From Anaerolineae bacterium (lineage in GTDB: Bacteria; Chloroflexota; Anaerolineae; CG2-30-64-16): a DNA stretch of 64,000 nt. A program made the position numbers and the translations under genes. A model generated the notes under the pieces. It saw nothing but the letters and a program-made list of their open reading frames with translations, did not search any database and was not told where the DNA came from. Below, piece after piece: positions 36,262 through 43,277 of this stretch; the first letter of the stretch is position 1, and the number at the start of each line of letters is the position of its first letter. Location: positions 1,272 through 65,271 of the forward strand of contig JBBQRS010000008.1 of assembly GCA_038214535.1 (NCBI GenBank). The letters are read 5' to 3'.

Positions 36262-37032
36262 ATGAACTTTTATCTCGGCACACAGGGCTGGAGCTACCCG
36301 TCGTGGGTGGGGCCGTTTTACCCCGACGGGACGGCTGCGGCGAAGTATCTGGAGCATTACGCTACACAGTTCAATACCGTCGAGCTGGATACTACCTTCT
36401 ACGCCGTGCCGCGCGCCTCGACCATCGCCGGCTGGCGCGAGCGTACGCCGTCCGGCTTCCGCTTCGCCGCGAAGTTCCCCAAACAGATCACCCACGAGAA
36501 GGGCCTGGCCGATTGCCGCGACGACGCCCGCTATTTTGTCGAGGCGCTGAGCGCGCTGGACGAGAAGCTGGGGCCGCTGTTGTTGCAGATGCCGCCATCG
36601 TGGCCTGCTGCGCAGATGGAGACGCTGGCAACCTTCCTGCGTGAGTTGCCGCCCGGTTTCCGCTATGCGTTGGAAGTGCGGCACCGGAGCTGGCTGGCCG
36701 CGGAGACCTTGCCGAAGCTGCTGGCGCTGTTGCAGGGGCAGGGCGTAGCGCTGTGCCTGGTGCAACACGCCTGGATGCCTCACGTCGACGAGATCACCGC
36801 GCCGTTCACTTACATCCGCTGGCTGGGTCGCCGCGAAGATATCCCCGACGACGACTTCTCGCACATCCGCATCCCGCGCGACAAGCAGCTCGATGAGTGG
36901 GCCGCGCAGGTCGCGCGCTACGTGCGCGAGGACGTCGAGGTCTACGGTTATTTCAATAACCACTACCAGGGGCACTCGCCCGACTCGGCGCGCGGGTTGC
37001 AGCGGCGGTTGTTTGAGATGGGGGTGGAGTGA
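36262..37032 (+). CDS. DUF72 family protein
   Basis: MNFYLGTQGWSYPSWVGPFYP...YATQFNTVELDTTFY is the typical DUF72 N-terminus. Confidence 0.8.
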   Translation: MNFYLGTQGWSYPSWVGPFYPDGTAAAKYLEHYATQFNTVELDTTFYAVPRASTIAGWRERTPSGFRFAAKFPKQITHEKGLADCRDDARYFVEALSALDEKLGPLLLQMPPSWPAAQMETLATFLRELPPGFRYALEVRHRSWLAAETLPKLLALLQGQGVALCLVQHAWMPHVDEITAPFTYIRWLGRREDIPDDDFSHIRIPRDKQLDEWAAQVARYVREDVEVYGYFNNHYQGHSPDSARGLQRRLFEMGVE

Positions 37033-37238
37033 TGCGGGTGATTTACGATCTCTCGACGGATACGCTGACGATTATCTTCACGGACGCGCCGGTCGCAGAG
37101 AGCGATGAGGATAAGCCCGGTGTAATTCTCGACTATGACGCCGATGGCAATCTCGTGTCTCTGGAGATGCTGGACGCCTCACAGCGCATGTCTTCACCGT
37201 CGCGTATGGAGTATCAGGTATCCGCGCCTGCCGTGTGA
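37032..37238 (+). CDS. DUF2283 family small protein
   Basis: MRVIYDLSTDTLTIIFTD...GVILDYDADGNLVSLEMLDAS. ATG overlaps the upstream TGA. Confidence 0.75.
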   Translation: MRVIYDLSTDTLTIIFTDAPVAESDEDKPGVILDYDADGNLVSLEMLDASQRMSSPSRMEYQVSAPAV

Positions 37239-37330
37239 GATTTCTGGCCCTGTGATAGAATCCCTCCATAGTTGTCTCTTCTCAAACGGTCGTATCATAT
37301 CTTCGCGCAGATGACCCGGCGTTTTGACCG

Positions 37331-39901
37331 ATGAGTGTTTTATACAGCGTACACAGATCTGGCGCATATAGCCTGGCGGACGAAGCTTTCGAACAAGAGG
37401 CATCCGGCAGGCAGCTTAGTCGTGGCGGAGACCTGGTTGGAGGCGTCGAGCAGGCAGGGCTCAACGCATTAGGCCAACTCAGCCGGGTTCAGCGCGCCGC
37501 ATCAGGGCAGTATTTCACACCCGCGCCGGTTGCTCGCTTCATGGCCTCGTTGTTCAGCGATACGGAAAGTGAGGTTGACCTTCTGGATGCCGGCGCCGGC
37601 GTCGGCATGTTGACGGCCGCTTTCACCGAAAGTGTTTGCTCACGGGGAGTGAAACCACCGAAGATTCGAGCCGTGGTTTACGAGCAAGAACCGCAACTCA
37701 GCGATGACCTCGAAGATACACTCCGGGCCTGCGAGACCTATGCAAAACTGAACAGCGTTGACATGCGTGGGGAAGTCCTGACGACCGACTTTGTCGCTGC
37801 GGGGGTCGCGCAACTTCGCCAGGATTTATTTGCTCCGAAGTTACGAAGCTTCAATCGCGCTATCTTGAATCCACCCTATAAAAAGATTCGGAGCGATTCG
37901 GACTACCGCGCCTTATTGCATGAAATCGGCATTGAGACCAGCAACCTGTACACGGCTTTTCTCGCGATTGTGATTGAGTTGTTGGAGGACGGCGGCGAGC
38001 TTGTGGCGATCACCCCGCGGAGTTTCTGCAACGGTCCCTATTTCAAGCCCTTCCGCGAACTCCTGATCGGCAAAACTGCTATCAAGCGCATCCATCTGTT
38101 TGAGTCGCGTGAAGCGGCGTTCAGTCAAGATGAAGTGCTTCAAGAGAATGTTATCTTTCATTTGGTGAAGTTTGGGACCTCGGATCGGGTCACGCTTTCT
38201 CGAACGCAAGGGGTTGACGATCACACGATGACCCTGCGCGAGGTTTCGTATTCGCAGATCATTCATCCTGACGATTCAGGGCTGGTCATTCACATCCCAG
38301 TGGATGGGTTGGACGCATCCGTTCGGGATCGTTTGAGATTCTTCAACGCGTCTCTTGATGATTTGGGCGTGAGCGTATCAACCGGTAAGGTGGTGGATTT
38401 TCGCGTGGCCGCGGCGTTGCGACAGGAGCCTGCACCGGATACTGTGCCGCTGATTTATCCGGCGCACATGAAGGATGGCGTCGTTCGGTGGCCGAATCCG
38501 AAGCACGAAAAACCGCAATCTCTGTTGGTATCCGAGGAAACGCGCCGCATGTTGTTGCCGCAGGGTTACTATGTTCTCGTCAAACGATTTTCTTCTAAGG
38601 AGGAGCCGCGCCGAATCGTCGCCGCGGTGCTCGATGCGAACATCCTTCCTGCCTCACAGGTTGCTGTTGAAAACCATGTCAACGTCTTCCATGCCGCCAA
38701 TGCCGGCTTACCGCCGGATGTGGCGTGCGGTCTGGCGTCGTACCTGAACTCGACGCTCGTTGACGTCTATTTCCGTCAGTTCAGCGGGCATACCCAGGTC
38801 AATGCAACTGATTTGAGAATGCTGCGATACCCCGATTACGAGATGCTGGCGCGGTTGGGGGCGCGGGCGGATACCACATTTGCACAGGCCGAGATTGACG
38901 CGTTGCTTGAAGAGGAGCTTCATCGCATGAACGATCTTGACACGCCTGATCCCGTCGCCGCCAAACAAAAGATTGCCGAAGCGTTGGAGGTTCTCCGGGC
39001 GTTGGGAATGCCGAAGGCGCAGTTCAATGACCGTTCCGCGCTCACCCTTCTTGCGTTACTTGATCTGCAACCGGATATGTCGTGGAGCAAGGCGTCTAAC
39101 CCGCGCATTGGCATCACGCCGATCATGGACTTTTGCCGTGATTACTACGGCACGCGACATGCGCCCAACACGCGTGAGACTTTTCGGCGCTATACGATGC
39201 ACCAGTTCATCCAGGCTTTCCTTGTCGTCGAGAATCCCGATCAGCCGGACCGACCGACCAACAGCCCAAAGTGGTGTTACCAGGTCGAGCCGAAGGCTTT
39301 GGCCCTCATGCAGGCCTTTGGGACGGAACAGTGGCGCGAGGCTCTGGCTCAATGGCAGACAACCGTCGTTGGCGTGAAGCAGCGATATGATCGGGAACGC
39401 GAGATGAACAAGGTTCCGCTGCAGCTTGCGGACGGCCAGGAGCATTACCTCAGCCCGGGCAATCACAGCAAGCTCATTCGTGAGGTTGTGGAAGAGTTCG
39501 CGCCGCGATTTGTGCCGGGCGGTCAGGTTATCTACATTGGCGACACCGACGACAAGTGGTCTTACTTCAATGAAGATCGGTTGCTTGCCCTTGGCGTGGC
39601 CGTGGATGAACACGGAAAGATGCCGGATGTCGTGATCTATGACGAAACGCGCGATTGGCTGGTTCTTGTCGAGGCCGTGACGAGTCATGGCCCGGTGGAC
39701 GCGAAGCGCCGCGAAGAACTGGCGCGCCTGTTTGCCACGGCAAAGCCGGGCCTGGTCTATGTGACGGCGTTCCTCTCGCGGCGCGACATGACGCGCTACC
39801 TGGCAGACATCTCATGGGAAACCGAAGTCTGGGTTGCTGAGGCGCAGACGCATCTGATTCATTTCAACGGCGAACGTTATTTGGGGCCATACGAGACCTG
39901 A
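37331..39901 (+). CDS. Single-chain fusion: gamma-class N6-adenine DNA methyltransferase plus BsuBI/PstI-type restriction endonuclease domain
   Basis: MTase motifs QYFTPAPVARFMASLF, LLDAGAGVGMLTAAF, AILNPPYKKI. C-terminal half has YAPNTRETFRRYTMHQF, NSPKWCYQ and PDVVIYDETRDWLVLVEAVTSHGPV. 856 aa with no internal stop. AT-richer than the flanks. Confidence 0.75.
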   Translation: MSVLYSVHRSGAYSLADEAFEQEASGRQLSRGGDLVGGVEQAGLNALGQLSRVQRAASGQYFTPAPVARFMASLFSDTESEVDLLDAGAGVGMLTAAFTESVCSRGVKPPKIRAVVYEQEPQLSDDLEDTLRACETYAKLNSVDMRGEVLTTDFVAAGVAQLRQDLFAPKLRSFNRAILNPPYKKIRSDSDYRALLHEIGIETSNLYTAFLAIVIELLEDGGELVAITPRSFCNGPYFKPFRELLIGKTAIKRIHLFESREAAFSQDEVLQENVIFHLVKFGTSDRVTLSRTQGVDDHTMTLREVSYSQIIHPDDSGLVIHIPVDGLDASVRDRLRFFNASLDDLGVSVSTGKVVDFRVAAALRQEPAPDTVPLIYPAHMKDGVVRWPNPKHEKPQSLLVSEETRRMLLPQGYYVLVKRFSSKEEPRRIVAAVLDANILPASQVAVENHVNVFHAANAGLPPDVACGLASYLNSTLVDVYFRQFSGHTQVNATDLRMLRYPDYEMLARLGARADTTFAQAEIDALLEEELHRMNDLDTPDPVAAKQKIAEALEVLRALGMPKAQFNDRSALTLLALLDLQPDMSWSKASNPRIGITPIMDFCRDYYGTRHAPNTRETFRRYTMHQFIQAFLVVENPDQPDRPTNSPKWCYQVEPKALALMQAFGTEQWREALAQWQTTVVGVKQRYDREREMNKVPLQLADGQEHYLSPGNHSKLIREVVEEFAPRFVPGGQVIYIGDTDDKWSYFNEDRLLALGVAVDEHGKMPDVVIYDETRDWLVLVEAVTSHGPVDAKRREELARLFATAKPGLVYVTAFLSRRDMTRYLADISWETEVWVAEAQTHLIHFNGERYLGPYET

Positions 39902-39927
39902 CAGGTTTCCCAAAACCTGTCAGGTCT
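39894..39927. repeat. Hairpin element, family B (AGACCTGACAGGTTT..AAACCTGTCAGGTCT)
   Basis: Contains the TGA stop of the RM fusion gene. Relatives at 42221-42254, 57835-57868, 60825-60857 and 61194-61226. Confidence 0.9.
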
Positions 39928-39943
39928 GAAATAAGGAGCATCC

Positions 39944-41314
39944 ATGACACTACAACGACCGAACATCATCCTCTTCAACTGCGACGACCTGGGGTACGGC
40001 GACCTGGGGTGCTATGGCTCGGAGGTCAACCGGACGCCGTATCTGGATCGCATGGCCGCCGAAGGGATGCGCTTCACCGATTTCTACATGGTCGCGTCGC
40101 TCTGCTCGCCGTCGCGCGGGGGGATGTTGACCGGCTGCTACCCGCGGCGGATCGGGTTCGGCACGTTCGACGGCGAGGGCGTGCTGTTTCCGGGGATGGG
40201 CCTCGGGCTGAACCCCGACGAGACCACGATTGCGGAGCTGCTCAAGGCGCAGGGCTACGCCACCAAGATGGTCGGCAAGTGGCATTGCGGCGACCAGCCG
40301 GAGTTCCTGCCCACGCGCCACGGGTTCGACTCCTATTTCGGCCTGCCCTACTCGAACGACATGGGCATCCAGGCGAGCGATGCCATCGGGCCGATGCCGC
40401 CCTTGCCCCTGCTGCGCGATGAGGAGGTGATCCAGGAGCAGCCCGACCAGTCCGCGCTGACCGAGCGCTACGTGGACGAGTCGTTGCAGTTCATCCGGGC
40501 GCACCGCGATGGGCCGTTCTTCCTCTATTTCGCGCACATGTACGTCCACGTGCCGATCTACCCGCCGTGGCGTTTCCTGCGCGAGAGCATCAACGGGCCA
40601 TATGGCGCGGCGGTGGCGGCGGTGGATTGGAGCGTCGGCGTGCTGCTGGATGCGCTCAAGCAATTGGGGCTGGACGAGCAGACGTTGGTGATCTTCACCT
40701 CGGATAACGGGGCGCGCGGCGACCGCGGCGGCACGAACCGCCCGTTGCGCGGCGGCAAGTTCTCCACGTGGGAGGGCGGGCTGCGACTGCCGTGCATCAT
40801 GCGCTGGCCGGGCGTGATCCCCGCGGGGACGACGAGCGCGGAGGTGGTCGCGTCCATGGACTTCCTGCCGACGTTCGCCGGGTTGGCCGGGGCGGAGTTG
40901 CCGGCGGATCGGGTCATAGACGGGCGCGATATTGGGCCGCTCATGCGCGGCGAGCCGGACGCGCGCAGCCCGCACGAGGCATTCTTCTATTATATGAAGG
41001 ATTGGCTGCAAGCCGTCAGGTCGGGGCCGTGGAAGCTGCACGTCGCGCGGGATGGCGCGCCCGTGCGCGAGCTTTACAACCTGGAGACGGACATCTGGGA
41101 GCGGCAGGATGTGGCGGAGGAGCATCCTGATGTCGTGCGCCGGTTGGAGGGCTATGCCGACATGGCGCGGCTCGATCTGGGCGACGCGGTGTTGGGGTTC
41201 GAGGGCAATGGCTGTCGCCCCGCGGGCCGCGTGGAGAACCCGCAAACGCTGACGCACTATAACCCCGATCACCCATACATGATGGCGATGTACGACCTGC
41301 CGGATCGCGGATAG
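39944..41314 (+). CDS. Cys-type sulfatase (arylsulfatase A family)
   Basis: AAGGAG RBS. NIILFNCDDLGYGDLG and CSPSRGGMLTG signature. Confidence 0.9.
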   Translation: MTLQRPNIILFNCDDLGYGDLGCYGSEVNRTPYLDRMAAEGMRFTDFYMVASLCSPSRGGMLTGCYPRRIGFGTFDGEGVLFPGMGLGLNPDETTIAELLKAQGYATKMVGKWHCGDQPEFLPTRHGFDSYFGLPYSNDMGIQASDAIGPMPPLPLLRDEEVIQEQPDQSALTERYVDESLQFIRAHRDGPFFLYFAHMYVHVPIYPPWRFLRESINGPYGAAVAAVDWSVGVLLDALKQLGLDEQTLVIFTSDNGARGDRGGTNRPLRGGKFSTWEGGLRLPCIMRWPGVIPAGTTSAEVVASMDFLPTFAGLAGAELPADRVIDGRDIGPLMRGEPDARSPHEAFFYYMKDWLQAVRSGPWKLHVARDGAPVRELYNLETDIWERQDVAEEHPDVVRRLEGYADMARLDLGDAVLGFEGNGCRPAGRVENPQTLTHYNPDHPYMMAMYDLPDRG

Positions 41315-41419
41315 CTGATAGCAGATGGCTGATGGCGCTCCCTCGCCCTTCGGGAGAGGGTCGGGGTGAGGGCCGATGGCCGGCTCCCTCGCCCTTTGGG
41401 AGAGGGTCGGGGTGAGGGC
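41309..41419. repeat. GATAGCTGATGGC word tract followed by two tandem family D hairpins
   Basis: Words at 41309-41337 include the sulfatase TAG stop. Family D copies at 41337-41373 and 41383-41419. Confidence 0.85.
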
Positions 41420-41447
41420 AGACAGTCAATCGCAGGGGAGGAATTGG

Positions 41448-42215
41448 ATGACAGTGACCGATGCGACGCAGCGGTTCTCTTCGCGGGCTGATAACTATGC
41501 AAAGTACCGGCCTTCTTATCCCGCCGCGGTGGTGGAGTTACTCAAGCAGGAATGCAGCCTGACGCCGGACGCGACTATCGTGGACATCGGTTCGGGCACG
41601 GGGATTTCCACGGAGTTGTTCCTGCGGAACGGCAATCGCGTCTACGCGGTGGAGCCGAACGACGCGATGCGCGCCTATGCCGAAGGCAAGCTGGCGCGCT
41701 ATCCCGGTTTCGTCAGCGTGCCGGCGCGCGCCGAGGCGACGACGCTGCCGGATGCCGGCGTCGGTTTTGTGACGGCCGGCCAGGCATTCCACTGGTTCGA
41801 GCCGGTGGCGACGCGGGCCGAGTGGGCGCGCATCCTCACGCCGGGCGGCTGGGTCGCCCTGATCTGGAACTCGCGGCAGGAGGACGCCGGCGCGTTCGCG
41901 CGTGGCTATGAGGCGCTGCTCGACCGGTACAGCCTGGACTACCGGCAGGTGAGCCACCACAACATTGACGACGCCGAACTGGACGCGTTCTTCGGCGCAG
42001 GGGCTTGGCAGCTGGCGACCTTCGATAATCCGCAGGTGCGCGACTGGGAGGCGCTGGCGGGCGGGCTGCAATCCGGCTCGTACACGCCGGAGCCGGGCCA
42101 CCCGAATTACGCGCCGATGATGGCCGGGCTGCGCGAGTTGTTCGACGCGCACCAGGTGGCTGGCCGCGTGGCGATGCCGACGGTGACGAACGTTTACTAC
42201 GGGCAGTTGGGGTGA
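41448..42215 (+). CDS. Class I SAM-dependent methyltransferase
   Basis: Start trimmed to MTVTDATQRF (GGGGAGGA RBS). Motif I IVDIGSGTGISTE. Confidence 0.8.
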   Translation: MTVTDATQRFSSRADNYAKYRPSYPAAVVELLKQECSLTPDATIVDIGSGTGISTELFLRNGNRVYAVEPNDAMRAYAEGKLARYPGFVSVPARAEATTLPDAGVGFVTAGQAFHWFEPVATRAEWARILTPGGWVALIWNSRQEDAGAFARGYEALLDRYSLDYRQVSHHNIDDAELDAFFGAGAWQLATFDNPQVRDWEALAGGLQSGSYTPEPGHPNYAPMMAGLRELFDAHQVAGRVAMPTVTNVYYGQLG

Positions 42216-42220
42216 ACACA

Positions 42221-42254
42221 AGACCTGACAGGTTTTCGGAAACCTGTCAGGTCT
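42221..42254. repeat. Hairpin element, family B
   Basis: agacctgacaggttttcggaaacctgtcaggtct. Confidence 0.9.
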
Positions 42255-42272
42255 GGCGCATGGAAGGACACA

Positions 42273-42689
42273 ATGGCCGAACTCAAGACGCAGCGAAACG
42301 ATGGGGATGTCGAGGCGTTCCTGAACGCGATTCCGGACGAGAAGAAGCGCGCGGACGCCTTCGCCGTGCTGGAACTGATGAAGCGGGCCACCGGTGAGGA
42401 GCCGGTGATGTGGGGCGACGCCATCGTCGGGTTTGGCGCGTATCACTATCGCTATGCGAGCGGGCGCGAGGGCGATTGGTTCCTGGTCGGGTTCTCGCCG
42501 CGCAAACAGAACCTGACGCTCTACATCATGGCGGGTTTCGATGACTACGACGCGCTGATGACGCGCCTGGGGAAGCACAAGACCGGCAAGTCGTGTCTTT
42601 ACATCAACAAACTGGCCGACGTGGACCCCGCGGCGCTGGAGGAGTTGGTGCGCCGGTCGGTGGTGCATGTGCGGGAGACGAACGCGTGA
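42273..42689 (+). CDS. DUF1801 (YdhG-like) domain protein
   Basis: DVEAFLNAIPDEKKRADAFAVLELM...FSPRKQNLTLYI pattern. Confidence 0.7.
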   Translation: MAELKTQRNDGDVEAFLNAIPDEKKRADAFAVLELMKRATGEEPVMWGDAIVGFGAYHYRYASGREGDWFLVGFSPRKQNLTLYIMAGFDDYDALMTRLGKHKTGKSCLYINKLADVDPAALEELVRRSVVHVRETNA

Positions 42690-42733
42690 ACTGGAATCCC
42701 GGAAAGTAAGGGATGCTCTTTTGGCGGGAGACT

Positions 42734-43201
42734 ATGGCGAAGTTTTCGGATGCACTTCGAGGCTATGCGTATGATGTGCTGAAACGTGATAACTTCACAT
42801 GTCGCTATTGTGGCGCTGATGGGCGGCGATCCTTTGACGCCTGGTTAAGTCTCTCCTGGGATCACTTGTTGCCAAAGGGACACTCGGACAGAGACAACCC
42901 GGACTTCATCGTCGCTGCGTGTAACTTCTGTAATTGCGCCGATAACCACTACTTCGAGCACGCCGAAGAGCGGGGACTGAAATTCGATGGGCTGACGCCT
43001 GACGAGTTGGCAGCGCAGCGCCTTCCCTATGTGGAACGTACTCGGCTAAGCTACCGGGAGTTCTGGGCCGACAATGTCCGTGATCTTGGGGATACCCTTC
43101 CTTCTCCACTCGCAGTTGAGGAGGTTGACCTTGAAATGAGTCGGGACGAAATCGTGGCCTTTGTGCGTGAGGGCCGGCGTGAGTACGACGTGGGGTCGTA
43201 A
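42734..43201 (+). CDS. HNH endonuclease domain protein
   Basis: CRYCGADG...SWDHLLPKGH...AACNFCN (HNH/zinc-ribbon pattern). AT-richer than the flanks. Confidence 0.75.
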   Translation: MAKFSDALRGYAYDVLKRDNFTCRYCGADGRRSFDAWLSLSWDHLLPKGHSDRDNPDFIVAACNFCNCADNHYFEHAEERGLKFDGLTPDELAAQRLPYVERTRLSYREFWADNVRDLGDTLPSPLAVEEVDLEMSRDEIVAFVREGRREYDVGS

Positions 43202-43229
43202 ATGACCTATTCTCGCGTGAGATTCTGGA

Positions 43230-43266
43230 AGACCTTCGGGGTTTGCCAAACTCCGAAGGTCTTTTA
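43230..43266 (+). terminator. Intrinsic terminator after the HNH gene
   Basis: Stem gaccttcgg / ccgaaggtc (43231-43239 / 43253-43261) followed by TTTTAC. Confidence 0.7.
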
Positions 43267-43277
43267 CAATTCTCCCC

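Noticed and set aside
40322-40333. tRNA T-arm-like string GGGTTCGACTCC
   Set aside because: It lies inside the sulfatase CDS with no acceptor, D or anticodon arms around it. I found no tRNA or rRNA genes in the window.
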